A DNA stretch of 64,000 bases, from contig OX597820.1 of assembly GCA_951406725.2 (NCBI GenBank), positions 28,334,001-28,398,000 on the forward strand, given 5' to 3'. How positions within the stretch are numbered: the stretch's first letter is position 1; the number at the start of each line of letters is the position of its first letter. This DNA comes from Octopus vulgaris (lineage: Eukaryota). A model generated the notes under the pieces. It did no database searches. It saw nothing but the letters and a program-made list of their open reading frames with translations, and had not been told where the DNA came from. Position numbers and translations under genes: made by a program. This document shows, piece by piece, positions 12,246 to 26,214 of this stretch.

Positions 12246-14494
12246 TATGTCTACTTTATAAACCAAATGGCAAGTGACTCAGTCGTTTCCCCTGCAGCAT
12301 TGGTGTGTGAGGAGTGCAAGAGACATAAGATATTTTGTACGTTCAGTTCACACTACTGTTGTCTTCATTGAAAGACACGAGGTAGATATTTGTAATACAA
12401 AATGATATTTTATATAAGTTTTGTCGCGTGAGGGAATGCAATGAACTTAGAGACATTAGTTGTGATTAAATGAATGAGGAGGAAACTTTAAGCCAGAGAG
12501 TTTCAAAATTATTTTTAGTGAAACGCATAAAAAATATTTATAGCGAAAGAGAGGAGGAGTTATACCAAGACGTTAGACTTCAGTCAATATAGGTGTATAA
12601 AGTGTTACTCTGACAGCGGATATGCATTAGCAATAGAGGATGTAAGGTCTGTCTTTCAGAAAGCAATACAATACTTAGGAGATAATGGATGTGGTCCGAA
12701 TATTTGTATCAAATTGCAATATATACTTTTAATACTTCCAAAGCGAAGTCATTCTTTATAAATCATTTCGCATTGAAAACTAACATCTTTACGTAGAAAA
12801 CTGGTGTATTGTGAAAAATAATATACTAAATTTTCTGCAGAATTTTGAAACAGAGCGGTAAAAATTGATTGCAATTCCGGCTTTGGATATTCCAATAAAT
12901 AAAACTTGTTTCTGTTCTTTAACGCACTTATAGTGCACTTGCAGTTTCCTTCCTTTATTCAGAAGAAATACACTGAAATTTTCTCAAAATTTATAGCAAA
13001 TTTCTCTAGAAATTCGAAACAGAACAATAAGAATTATAGTTATAAAACGAAAGTATGACTAAAAGTAAACTTTGTTTCCATTATTTAATGTTCTTACTTT
13101 GTAGTTTTCTTTTATTTGGTATAAATAGGTTGAAGTTAAACAACATAGAGTCTCTTGATTCTGTTATCAAATCACACAAAGCCAGAAAATGTTCTGTTTC
13201 ATAAGAGAAAGCAACAAGTGTAATAAATTTAAACAATTATCTGTTCAGTCTGCCGACAACCTATGGTGGTCGCTGCAATTTGCGCGTATTTTTCCAGCTT
13301 TTATTTTTATTTTACTCATCCATCCAGACGTATAATCTTTAACTGCCGTTGGCTATTCTCGAGCTTTAATACAAAACCTAGATTAATTCAAGCAACATTT
13401 CCAATTGTCAAAGGCCGACAGTTTCATTTGCATAACCTAATGCAATCGATATGAAGATTACAGACTTGTTGCTGTCTTTGATGGTGAGACCGATATTGTT
13501 GAAGTTGTTATTTCTCTCAAGTTAGCCGCTACATTCTCTTCTTTTTCTTATTGCAATTATTGTTGTTTGTTGTACATGTATTTTCTAGCTGTTTAATTTT
13601 TTTTTGTTTATTTCATCATCAATATCAATTATTTCACTATGACAGATAAATTTTGTTTACCTTATTTTTATAAATTATTTTTACTATCGCTTCCGCCCCA
13701 CAAGTATTTATTGCACTTTTGTTGTAATTGTTTTCATTCGACTTTATTCGAATTACAGTGTTCACTTGACCTAAATGTCTCTTGATCGATTTATTTATTA
13801 TTATGTTTTATAATTATTCTTTCGCTTCTTTATGATCTGGAAATATTTTCGTTTCCTTTGGCAATGGATCATAGAACTACACAGGATGTTTCAGTCTTCT
13901 GAGAGCTCCTTGTAATCACATCTCTTTTATAACTTACAACCAATGTAATACATCTATTTTAGTAACAAAAATGTTGTTGACGTAGCATTTGTTGTTTGCA
14001 GCTTAAAGCAGCGTCAAAGATACCAGGATTTCTAATTTCAACCAACTCTGTCTTAATTAACAACGAAAAACAGTAATATCAAACTGTGATCTATCTCTGT
14101 CAATAAAAGAGAGATTGCGTAATAGAACATTAGTCATATACTTTACTGGTTGTAACTATTTTCGACTTCGTTCAACACCCACATATATTTCGAAACATTT
14201 TGGAGAGAAATTGATATATTTGGAAATAATAACAAAGGAGATACATAGATATTCTAGTCGGTGAATTGTCAGTGTATCATGGGGGCAGGCAGGAATTTTG
14301 GGGTTGAGAAATTTGCTTCAATATCACACGGTCCCGTGTTCGATTCCACTTCGTTCCAAGTTAGCAAAAGTTACCAGAACAGAGCAATTCGATACAGACT
14401 TATGCACACATACAGCCGCGCGCGCAAACACACCTATCCCCGCCACACACACACAAACACACACACACACATACATATATAGGCATAGCATTTT

Positions 14495-14720
14495 TATTTC
14501 TTTATTGCCCACAGGGGGCTAAACATAAAGAGGGACAAACAAGGACAGACAAACGGATTAGATCGATTACATGGACCCTAGTGTGTAACTGGTACTTATT
14601 TAAACGACTCTGAAAGGATGAACAACAAAGTCGACCTCGGCGGAATTTGAACTCAGAACGTAACAGCAGATGAAATACCGCTAAGAATTTTGCCAGCTTG
14701 CTAACGATTCTACTAGCTCG
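14495..14720 (-). mobile_element. SINE family A
   Basis: Near full-length reverse-complement match to 26990-27223. Confidence 0.88.
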
Positions 14721-14744
14721 CGCACACCCATGTATATATATAGA

Positions 14745-14907
14745 CACAGCATTGTTGTGTTGAAAGAAGTTTGCTTCGCAACCACAAGGTTCCGGGTTCA
14801 ATCCCACTGTGTTGCAATTTGGGCTAATGTTTTCTACTACTATAGCTTCGGGCCGACAAAAGCCTTTGCAGTGAATTTGGTAGATGGAAACTGAAAGAGG
14901 CCCGTCG

Positions 14908-14972
<65 letters not shown>

Positions 14973-15300
14973 TTCTCTGTGTGTCTGTGTTTGTCACCCC
15001 CACCGTCGCTTGACAACCGATGTTGGTGTGCTTACGTTCACGTAAATTAGGTGGATCGGCAACAGATACCGANNNNNNNNNNNNNNNNNNNNNNNNNNNN
15101 NNNNNNNNNNNNNNNNNNNNNNNNNNNNNNNNNNNNNNNNNNNNNNNNNNNNNNNNNNNNNNNNNNNNNNNNAACAGATACCGATAGAATAAGCACTAGA
15201 CTCAAGAAGAATAAGTTCTGGAGACGATTTGTTCGACTAAACCTCGGTGCTCTAGCATGGCTGCAGTCAGTATGACTGAAATAAGTAAAAGAATAAAAAA
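14745..15300 (+). mobile_element. SINE family B spanning the assembly gap
   Basis: ggttccgggttcaatcccactg...gactgaaataagtaaaagaat. Confidence 0.88.
15073..15172. other. Assembly gap (100 N)
   Basis: Run of 100 n; aacagataccga is repeated on both sides. Confidence 0.98.
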
Positions 15301-15351
15301 GAATTAAAAAAAGAATATTGGGAATATTGGGAATATTGGGTTCGATAGCAT

Positions 15352-15425
15352 ACTCTCTTTTTTCTCTTTTACTTGTTTCACTCAACTTGACTGTGGCCAT
15401 GCTGGAGCATCGCCTTTAGTCGAGT
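15352..15425 (-). mobile_element. SINE family B 3' fragment, tail-to-tail with the previous copy
   Basis: ctcttttacttgtttca...gactgtggccatgctggagcatcgcctttagtcgag. Confidence 0.85.
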
Positions 15426-15653
15426 ATTGTTTTGCTGTTACCCACGATGTTTTACACAATATATTCTGCACAGTGTTTCATAGTAATTATTCCATCATAT
15501 ATATAAATATATTAAGGGAGCATGCAAAACGCCCGTCTCCAACATGCTTGAAATAAATGCCAAGGAACAACAAAAATACCGAAAATCTCCCAAAAAAGAC
15601 TTCACGCTAATTCAAAACACTTTACTGTATGTATGTATGTATGTATCTGTCTA

Positions 15654-15704
<51 letters not shown>

Positions 15705-15708
<4 letters not shown>

Positions 15709-16029
15709 AAGTAAAAATTTTGCATTATGTAGCTTATTATAGTCTTTAAGTGAACATTTTTCGTGTTGAAATACACGAAAAATGGCGACAGTCAAAAAAT
15801 CGTAAAAGAATAGGGATTTTCATAGAAAAAAAACACCTTTTTGATGTAAATAATTTTTGGTGTTAACATGGTCCGATTTGAATTTTTTCTTCTACAGATG
15901 GAGGAGCAAGCCTTCTATCATACTCTCAATTTTGGTCGACTTGCGTCGCAGGGTCTCGGAGGAGATATTGTTAGTTGAAGTCTACCAAAGCTGCCATACA
16001 CAGACAACTTCAGCTTTATATATATAGAT
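15705..16029 (-). mobile_element. Non-autonomous Helitron-like element, 5' part
   Basis: Minus strand starts A|TCTATATATATAAAGCTGAAGTTGTCTGTG, the same 5' signature as 39106-39503. Confidence 0.55.
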
Positions 16030-16259
16030 AATTGGTATGTGTTCACAAAGACCAAACGAATAATACGAAAAAACCCTCCAGGCTACATCCCGAAAATTCA
16101 TTTCTTGGCCGAATTTCTACAATGTTTACGGCGATTCGTTTTTATATCTGGATTTTTTATTTTTCATGCAATTTACGCATGCTTGCCCGCGTGGTGAACA
16201 CAGTTCACGTCAAACAGCTGACTGAGTAAAGTTCACTATTCAATGCATGGGATAAGGCT

Positions 16260-16458
16260 TAAACAAACACATTATCGATTTTTGCACTTGCGAGATGAAT
16301 TTCGGAACAGAAATAGCACAGTTCAATTTTCATTCGCCTAAATTTTAAGTGACCCATTTTTGGTGGTTCTAGGAGGAGATGTGCCGGGAAGTACACACAC
16401 AGACACACACACAGATACAGACACAGACACACAACTTTGAGTTTTTTATATATATATA
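16260..16458 (-). mobile_element. Non-autonomous Helitron-like 5' fragment
   Basis: Minus strand atatataaaaaactcaaagttgtgtgtctg(tg)n resembles the Helitron-like 5' ends at 16029 and 39503. Confidence 0.4.
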
Positions 16459-16654
16459 TCGGCTCAGTCGAAGTCGACTCTCGGTTACTCAATGGATCAG
16501 TGTACTCCAGCCAGTCCTATCCTGGGTCACATTTTTCAGATTGGCTATGTCCATTCACGTTCACTCTTGATGGTGTAAACCCAGTGGGTACTTAGTCGGC
16601 CTCTACCTCTCTTGTCACTGACCATTTCGAGCATGATATCTTTTTCCAGGGATT
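16459..16654 (-). mobile_element. RTE-clade (BovB-like) LINE 3' end
   Basis: Minus-strand peptides SLEKDIMLEMVSDKRGRGRLSTHW and QDRTGWSTLIH*VTESRLRLSR match the RTE C-terminal pattern LEKxxMLGxxxGxRxRGRxxxRW...DRxxWRxxVxxVxxSRxRL. Confidence 0.75.
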
Positions 16655-17864
16655 TATATATATATGTATGTATATGTATACATATATATGTATATATGTG
16701 TGTGTGTCCTTATATATACTTACATGTGTATATGCATGTGTAGTTTATATTCGATCGCAATTCTGTTTATTGGCATCACTATCTCTCATTTTTTTTCTCT
16801 CTCTCTCCCTGTTTCGATCGCGCGCACTATGTGGTAGACAAGTTGAAGAAGAGATGTACTGGCATTACTTTTATTTGTATGTTAGAACCATTTCGACAAT
16901 AGATTAATCAGAAATCATATATCATGGTAGAAAAAATAACGATGAGTATAAACAATGATTATCTAGTTTACGCTATATTACATGCTATCTCATATCATCT
17001 CATCAATACCAAATGACAAATCAATAAACTCGCCCTTGGATCAATACACCCACCCAAAACAGACACACACACACACACATATATATATATCCAAAATAGA
17101 GACGAACACCATTCATGCATTTGATCGGGTTGAAAACTTACTAGTATACTAAGACATTTTTCTTAACAGGAAACCAGTGGCCGCATTAATACACAAATAA
17201 ATAAACCTAGCCCACCAATGCCGTGTTGGTCACTCATTTTCATCGTTCGACATTTACGTAGACACACACACACATATATATACATATATGTATGAATATA
17301 TATATATATATATGTATATATATACGTATACATATATATTGATATACACATGTATATATACATATATATAGAGAGAGAGAGAGATACATATACATACATA
17401 TATATATACACACACAAACAACGAGAGGATCTTAGTGTTGTAAGGTGGAAGTGATCAGTTTTGCATAGGGTTAAAAAGACACTAAGGAAAAACTGTTACT
17501 GTACTAATTGATAAAACGGTTAAGATACTGCAGTTATAAACTAGACCAAACAATCAAACATTTTGCTGCTGAAATAAGCAAAATAGTATTTAAATTTGGG
17601 AATCAGTTAAACGGAGAATCTTCAATTAATTGGGATGGGTATGTCTAGAGTAACTTCAAAGAAACAGAAATAGCTACAGACAAAAAAGGAAAGACGGAAA
17701 GAAATTAAATGATAAGAGAAGTAGAGGAAGACTTTTGAGAGACAAGGAAACAAACCAAAGACAGACATAGTCGATACAGATAAAATCAAAGAATCTTGGC
17801 AATATTATATAAATTTCAGTCTAAAATTTAGAACAGCACGTCAATAAATAAGCAAATCATAAGG

Positions 17865-18215
17865 TGTGTCTGTGTAGAAAAAGCTCGCTTTTCACCCACC
17901 TGGTTTCGGGTTCCGCCCCAGTGCGTGACACCTTGGGCAAGTGTCTTCTGGTATAGCCTGGTGAATGGATTTGGTAGACGGAAACTGAAAGAAGCCGGCC
18001 GTATACATATACATACATATATACATACATACATACATACATACGCTCACTCATATATATATGTATATATATGTATGTATGTATATATTTGTGCGTGGGT
18101 GCGGTTCACCCTGCAGTCGCTTGACAACTGATGCTGATGTGTTTATGTCAGTGTAACTTAGCGTACCGACATAAGAAACCGATAGAATAAGTACATCTGA
18201 TAAGAAACCGATAGA
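17865..18215 (+). mobile_element. SINE family B, 3'-truncated
   Basis: accttgggcaagtgtcttct...gtagacggaaactgaaagaagcc. Confidence 0.85.
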
Positions 18216-18445
18216 ATTGGCTCCATCTGACTATTATCTCTTCCTGAACAGGAAAATACAACTGACTGGGAACATGTATCCCAGGGATGATGACGTCATG
18301 TCTGCCGTTGCAGGATTTTTTGACGAACATGATCAAAGAAATTTTCATCCATAGGATCCAAGCACTGCCACACCAATTGAAGATGTGTGTAGACCGCAAG
18401 GGGAACTATGTTGAAAAATAAACCTCATTTGATCACATTCCATGA
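18216..18445 (+). mobile_element. Mariner transposase 3' fragment
   Basis: Plus strand LAPSDYYLFLN...DDDVMSAV.GFFDE...IQAL.HQLKMCVDRKGNYVEK*. Confidence 0.8.
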
Positions 18446-19036
18446 TCATTTCCCTAATAAATTACTTACATTACATTTTAGTGATGCTAAATGGTATTAA
18501 ATTTCAAAAACAGAAAAATATTTCTGAGGGCGCTTTGTCCTACGGAGTTTTGTCGCAGAGGTTTTGTCCTTGCGAGGTCTATCTTACACTCTCTTATACT
18601 AGTATAGAATAACTCCAAAGACAAAGAGAAATCCTTGCATTTATAAAACAGCAGATTTATCTACTTATAGCTGAACTCAACGAAAAAGGCCACCAACGTA
18701 TTATCACTTCAAATTGGTATTTTTTCTTCCACTATTTCTATACATCCAATGAAGGAAAAGTGCCTGTACGGTCGATATATATATATATTTGTGTATTTAA
18801 TTTGGAGACGAATAATTACTAATGATTCTTTCTCTTAGTTTACTTTTCAAGAAGGAGAATATAAAAAATAAATATATATGAGAAAAGTAAAAGAGAAAAA
18901 GCGCAATGCGCACATATATTCATGTGTGGGTATGCAGAAGTATTTCACTGAGAGCTAAATGGAGAAAGTGCGAGAGTGAGAGTTGATTGTACATATGTAT
19001 ATATATATGTGTGCGTGCGTGTGTGTGTGTGTGTGC

Positions 19037-19071
<35 letters not shown>

Positions 19072-19287
19072 CACACACATATATATATATACACACACAC
19101 ATATATATATATTTCTATGTATATCGATATTTATAGCTATATGTGTAGATCTATATATACATATATATATAGAGAGAGAGAGACACAGAGACAGAGATGA
19201 GTTGAGGTGAGATGCGGAGAGTATTTGAGAGAGAGAGAGAGAGAGAGAGCGTGTGCGTGTGCGTGTGTGCGACTGTCTGAGTGCGTG

Positions 19288-19330
<43 letters not shown>

Positions 19331-19977
19331 TCTGTGAGACGAAAAAGAGGGAGAGAGAGAAAAAAGACAAGGAGAAAGAGAGGTAGATGAGGAAGAAAGA
19401 AACACAATGTAATAGAGTTGATACAGGTGTAGTAGAGATAGAGAGGGTGAGGCGGAAGATGAAAATATAAAGAGGGAAACATTTTGTGAGTGAGGGTGAA
19501 AAAGCAACAGAAATAAAGATTAGCACAATGTTTTGAAATGAAACTCGAGTTTTAGGATTTATTTCGCTTATTCTTTTTTTCTTATTCTGTTCATTGTTTT
19601 ATTTATACTCTTTTCTAATTAGATTTTGTTTTGGAAACAATGGATAATTTTCGCTTTAATTATGTTATACTACGAAGTATATATACATATATTATTTAAG
19701 TTGAGTTTTTTCTCTTTCAGCCGTATTATATTTCATTGGTTTTTCTAGTGTTATTTTTATTATATTTATTATTTTCTACTGTTTCAGGCGAGTTTCTACT
19801 GCGCCACCAGGTGAACTTTCGCGTTCCTGAGGTGCGTGAAGTATTGTGTTTTGCGAATGTAAAATTTTGTTTTGTATGTATATGTTATTAGTTTCACATC
19901 ATGGTGAGATTTGGCTTATTATTTCCAGCTTTATTTCAGTGTTTCGTCGCCAAGTTGCGTTATTTTCTTGCGTGGTT

Positions 19978-20402
19978 ACTCTCTTACCTTTTTACTCTTT
20001 TACTTGTTTCAGTCATTTGAGTGTGGCCATGCTGGAGCACTGCTTTTACTGGAGCAGATCTACCCCAGGACGTATTCTTTGTAAGCCTAGTACTTATTTT
20101 ATCGTTTTTTTTTTGCCGAAACCCTAAGTTAAGGGGACGTAAACACACCAGCATCGGTTGTCAAGCGATGTTGGGGGGACAAACACAGACACACAAACAT
20201 ATACACACAATTACAGATATATACATATTCATATATAGGACGGGCTTATTTCAGTTTCCGTCTACCAAATCCACTCACAAGTTTTTGGGCGCCCCGAGGC
20301 TATAGCAGAAGACACTTGTCCAAGGTGCCACACAGTGGGACTGAACCCGGAACCATATGGTTCGCATGCACGCTACTTACCACACAGCCACTCCTACGCC
20401 TA
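19978..20402 (-). mobile_element. SINE family B
   Basis: Full-length reverse-complement copy ending cacacagccactcctacgcc. Confidence 0.92.
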
Positions 20403-21798
20403 TGTTGTTTATATTTCGTGTATGTTATGTGATGATGTGTTCTGGTGTTCTAGTGATGGGCGGTGAATAACAAAAACAATGCTCTGCAAATATCGGCCCA
20501 AGATCATATTTTATACCACCCACAAATACCACTGAATATATGATTTTTGTTTGCCTTATCTATTTTTCGGTTATCGAATTATAAAATTCAATAGCAAGAA
20601 ATGGAATAAAATTTTGATTTCATAGCCCCATATGAATCCATATCATGAATTAATGTGTAAAAATTGAGAACATCTCACTTGGTAAAAATAAATGCACGTT
20701 TCTCATGGTGTAAGATTTTAAATAATAAATGTTTCCACCTCAAATATTCATTAATAGAGGCGGAAAGCGTCTAATCATTGCAGTATAGTTGACATGGTCC
20801 ATCGCTCCTAAGTCAGGAAGGAGTCACAAAAACAAAAGACGAATTGCTTCTTTGACTGTTGAGAAGAGCAAATCAACTGGTTGGTGCCACAATTATCACG
20901 AAACCTGCAACTATTCTCGTTTAAAGTGTTTTAATTTTTAACTGTTTGTCATGTCATAACTGGCACATAACTCCTTGTCTGTTGAGGATAGCATGTAAGC
21001 AAGATAGTGCTACGTTTATCATGAAGAAGCCAGCAAGTGGTCTTGCCAAAAAGTATTTTAAACTATCCGTGTATGCCCTATCATAATTGTCAAATGGTGA
21101 CTGTTTATGTCATTAAAAATGTAACAATTGTCATACTGGCAAATGTGAAGGATTCATGTACTTCATTCTTTTCAAAAGCTTCATGAGGACCAGTCAGAAA
21201 CTTGTAGCCACATTGGATTATTTTCTGCACAAGTTGCCTATGGAAAGTATACTTTTACAGTGCGTTTTCGGTTTACTCTAACATGAAATTCTCAAAAATC
21301 TACAGATAATTATATTGGTCGTTCGTGTCTTCACATATTGAGCTTTATTAACCTAAACCTTTCAGCTTGATAAGAAGAAAAATTGTTGAATATCCATCCC
21401 TCAGGTGATGTATATAAATAACATTATTTTCTATAGCACACAACACGCAATCACGACATTCAACTTTATAAACACGAACATATGTATAATAGAAAGTGTT
21501 TCACATAGACCTTAATTTTCTTACTAATGGAGACATGAAACTTATATTCCTCTTTAAGCATATCTCTTCATTTTGCATGTATATAACGCTACGTTTCTAA
21601 GCGCATGGTTTTGTTTAATTACACATACATCATAAATACTTACACACACACACATATATATATCTGTATATATACATATATATATATACGCACCCTCATA
21701 TATATACAGACATTCACAGTGTGTGTATGTTTATGTATGTATATGAATGCATATATATGTATACGTATAAAACACATACACACACACACATATGTACA

Positions 21799-22199
21799 TT
21801 GGCTGTGTGGTAAGTAGCTTGCTTACCAACCGCATGGTTCTGGGTTCAGTGTCTCTGCGTGGCATCTTGGGCAAGTGTCTTCTACTATAGCCTCGGGCCG
21901 AGCAAAGCCTTGTGAGTGGATTTGGTAGACGGAAACTGAAAGAAGCCCGTCGTATATATGGATATATAGGTGTGTATATATGTGTACATGTTTGTGTGTC
22001 TGTGATTGTCCCTCCAACTTCGCTTGACAGCCGATGGTGGTGTGTTTACGTCCCCGTAACCTGGCGTTTCGGCAAAAGAGACCGATATAATAAGTACTAG
22101 GCTTACAAAGAATAAGTCCTGGGCTCGATTTGCTCGACTAAAGGCGGTGCTCCAGCATGGCCGCAGTCAAATGACTAAAACAAGGAATAGAAAGAGAAA

Positions 22200-22200
<1 letters not shown>
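21799..22200 (+). mobile_element. SINE family B
   Basis: tggctgtgtggtaag (A box)...ggttctgggttcagtg (B box-like)...cttgggcaagt...ccagcatggccgcagtcaaatgact. Confidence 0.93.
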
Positions 22201-22279
<79 letters not shown>

Positions 22280-22282
<3 letters not shown>

Positions 22283-22509
22283 AAAAAAGCAACAAGAATG
22301 GATCAATATTTCGGTACAATTATTTCGTACGAAGACAGCTTTATTAAGGCTGCAAATATTGCAGTAAATATAAGTCACCCGTACTTATCAGCCCAAAAAA
22401 CATCTGGGTTCTCCAAACATCTAAGGGGGTGGTGTTACACTCCTGAAACATCAGGAATAGCTCTATAAAAATAAGATTTAGGTAACAAACGGACTTCTAA
22501 AAGTTCTTT

Positions 22510-22510
<1 letters not shown>
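22280..22510. mobile_element. Unclassified short element between (TA)n tracts, related to 61478-61604
   Basis: agcaacaagaatggatc...ggtacaattatttcgt resembles agcaataaggatatcc...agtacaatcgtttcat. Confidence 0.4.
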
Positions 22511-22567
<57 letters not shown>

Positions 22568-22818
22568 GTGCATAAATATATGTGTGCGTAAAATGACACA
22601 AAAGAAAGAGCAACGGTACTTGTCTTTAGCAACGTAGCATGAGGAAATGTTTTGTGACTATAACATACATTGCAATATTGAGTGTAATAAGCAGTTTGAC
22701 TCTGTCGCAGTCTTAAATAAATATAATGTACTGAATCATTATCATCTCATTATTTTCACATAACAGAATAGCAAGTCTGCTTGAGACCGTATTTTAACCC
22801 ACAAGTCATTTCTCAGCA

Positions 22819-22872
<54 letters not shown>

Positions 22873-23619
22873 ATATTTTTAACTGCAGTTAATACTAAAT
22901 TGAAAAAGTATGTTGATAAGCTAAAACAGGAGAAGTATAGTTGACGGTGAATGAAATTTAAACAAGATACAAGTATTTGAAGATGTATGTCCAGGAAAAG
23001 TGATATATTCCTGAATATATCGAAACAGAGAGTATAACGAAGTATTGAAGACATAGGAGGTAATCTCTTGAGCTGATTAAACAATAAACAACAACTTTTC
23101 CACCATTTCTATTCTGTTTTTAATGCAGCTTTAGATGAATTATAGGCAGGTTTTTATTAACTTCGAATTCATAAAAGAACTAGATTTAACGAGCAGCACG
23201 TATGAATTAAATTACTGCTGACGAGAAATATCTAAAGAGTATTTTGACTGATTGTGGAAACAGATATGGCGTAGAAAAATGGTTTTTACCTAGGAAAGGA
23301 AAGTCTTCAAACCATATAGTGGTATGGAATGTATAAATCTTATAGTGTTTCAGTACACTTCAGTAAGCTCTTTGTGCGAAACATTTAGAGTGTGTTATAC
23401 TTCTATGACCTAATTACAGAACAGTGGAAGAAACTACCCAACACTGTATATCTGAAAACAAAGCGCATTACACCAAAACTGTTGGTAAAAAATGCTAAAC
23501 TTCAAAACATTGTCTTTGGATCACAGAGAAGAAACCTGTAAACACGCGGCTAATATACTAATGGTCAATGTCAGTTAAACATGTGTTTATTGTTGTCAAT
23601 TTCATTACACCATCTCTTG

Positions 23620-24003
23620 TACTCTCTCTTTACTCTACTTGTTCCAGTCATTTGACTGGAGCACCGCCTTTAGTCGAGCAAATCGACCCCAAGTTATTAT
23701 ACTTTGTAAGCCTAGTACTTATTCTATCGGTCACTTTTTCTGAACCGCTAAGTTACAGAGACATAAACACCCCAGCATTTCAGTGTTTCGTCTCAAAGTT
23801 GTGATATTTTCTTACTCTTTTACTTGTTTCAGTCATTTGATTGTGGCTATGCTGGAGCACCGCCTTTAGTCGAGCAAATCGACGCCAGGACTTATTCTTT
23901 GTAAGCCTAGTACTTAATTTACCGGGTTCTTTGGTCGAACCGCTACAGACACATAAACACACACATATATATACATATACATATACATATATACGACGGG
24001 CTT
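23620..24003 (-). mobile_element. Two tandem partial SINE family B copies
   Basis: cttgtt(t/c)cagtcatttga...gagcaccgcctttagtcgagcaaatcgac occurs twice. Confidence 0.85.
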
Positions 24004-24184
24004 ATTTATATATAAACAACGTTACATTTATTGAATTATCAATCATACATTCAACATATATTAGTTTCAACTAAATATGAATATACATTGTCAACATTTA
24101 AATTCTGGTGGTCAACAAACACATACAGAGACTCAGATATACTCATATGCACTTACACCTATTATCAATGTGATCGTTTATATG

Positions 24185-24735
24185 AAACCTTCAACCTTTG
24201 CTTTCAATCCTGAGCTTCTCAGCCACTGATGGGTTGTAGCTTGGTCTACATCAGCCTTTCGGCTTCGAAGTATATACTGTCCTTATAGAGGTTTCTGTCT
24301 CCACTACTCAGTTTGTTTCTGCCCGTTCTTTTTTGCAGTCTGTTTGATCCGTTTTGCTTCTTTAGTGGTAATGGTTACCGGTTCTTCATCTAATTCACGG
24401 TTAATGCCTAGTTGTCTTGTGAATTTGTAAGCTTCCTTGACAATAGAATATGATCTTTTTTTTCTGCTTTCGTGTTTGCACACAAGCTGCAGCATCCAGT
24501 TCTCTGTACTAGATAAGTACTTTTTCATTGTGGAGGTCTTATAGCACAGTTCTGCCTGCATCATTCCTCTCTCCACCCCATTACTTCTAGGTAGGTACAG
24601 ACGATCAACAACTGCTTTAAGGTGGTGTATGCGCTTAGATGTTAGTAGTTTTCCTGTCTTCCTCTCCAGGTGTTGGAGTTTTGTAAGATTCCTATTAATG
24701 ATATTAAAACTGTATGGGACTACAGGAAATATATT
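24185..24735 (-). mobile_element. R4/Dong-clade (RLE) non-LTR retrotransposon internal fragment abutting (AAT)n
   Basis: Peptide LERKTGKLLT..RIHHLKAVVDRLYLPRSNG..RG...KPL*GQY...HQWLRSSGLKAKVEGF, typical of the post-RT region. Confidence 0.82.
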
Positions 24736-24738
24736 ATA

Positions 24739-24739
<1 letters not shown>

Positions 24740-24828
<89 letters not shown>
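24740..24828. repeat. (ATT)n microsatellite
   Basis: Seen directly. Confidence 0.95.
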
Positions 24829-24830
<2 letters not shown>

Positions 24831-24842
24831 TGTTATCGTCGC

Positions 24843-25005
24843 AAGGCGATTAGCCGTCTGAATAGGTAGCAAGCCGGATTATATGTAAAGTGACATTTCG
24901 TCCATCTTTACGTTCTGAGTCGAAATCTCAAAAGGTTTGACTTTGCTCTTCACCCTTCCGGAATTGGTGAAATAAGTACCTATTGAGTACTGGTGTTTAT
25001 GGCTG
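24843..25005 (+). mobile_element. Degraded SINE family A
   Basis: aaggcgattagcc...catttcgtccatctttacgttctgagtc. Confidence 0.6.
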
Positions 25006-25024
25006 GCCCTGAGTCAAAATTTTA

Positions 25025-25107
25025 ACACACCACCCGAACTAGGAATTGAGAACACAGTCTTACGATCGTGAGTTCAACACCCTAACCACTAAGGTATGCG
25101 CTCTCAC
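25025..25107 (-). mobile_element. tRNA-like SINE head (family C-like)
   Basis: Minus strand gagagcgcataccttagtggttagggtgttgaactcacgatcgtaag...ttcctag. Confidence 0.55.
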
Positions 25108-25349
<242 letters not shown>

Positions 25350-25676
25350 GTTGTTGATGCAAATTTTATTTCGATCCTCCATCGTAATACTAACGAGCGC
25401 AAAAGCAATTTCCCTGTAACAAACAATTTATTCTTATATTTCAGTTTCGGAATTCATGATTAATTACAAATAAACAATGACATATAATGAAAGAAAAATA
25501 CAACACTCACCATTCTGTTTATTAATAATGACAAATCTTGTTTTCTTTGGGAAATATCATTGTGTCAATTGTGTGACCAGCAAATGATAAGCTACTTGCC
25601 TTCCCATCATTTTGTTTCTAGCTTCCTTTCACTCTATCGTTCTATATCTCTTTATCACTCTCCCTCTCACTCTGTT

Positions 25677-25724
<48 letters not shown>

Positions 25725-25828
25725 ATGTATGTAAATATATATGTATATAAATGTGAGAGAGAAGATGTATTGTTCGTGTATGTTTCTATCTACATAAACT
25801 GATATTTGTTTAGTGATATCCTAAGGAT

Positions 25829-25876
<48 letters not shown>

Positions 25877-25886
25877 TTATATATAA

Positions 25887-25943
<57 letters not shown>

Positions 25944-26074
25944 CATATATATACATACATACATACATACTTACTTACATACATAGATATATGCCCCTAT
26001 ACACACACATGCATATCCTCAGGCAGAAGTATGTGTGTACATATATACATACATACATACTTACATATATATAT

Positions 26075-26140
<66 letters not shown>

Positions 26141-26177
26141 GTATATGCATATATATGCGTAGGCATAAACTCATGTG

Positions 26178-26214
<37 letters not shown>

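Noticed and set aside
12280-12720. Possible decayed LINE remnants (also 30900-31250, 32640-33420 and 36960-37510)
   Set aside because: Only faint motif hints such as IRPH; too degraded to classify by eye.
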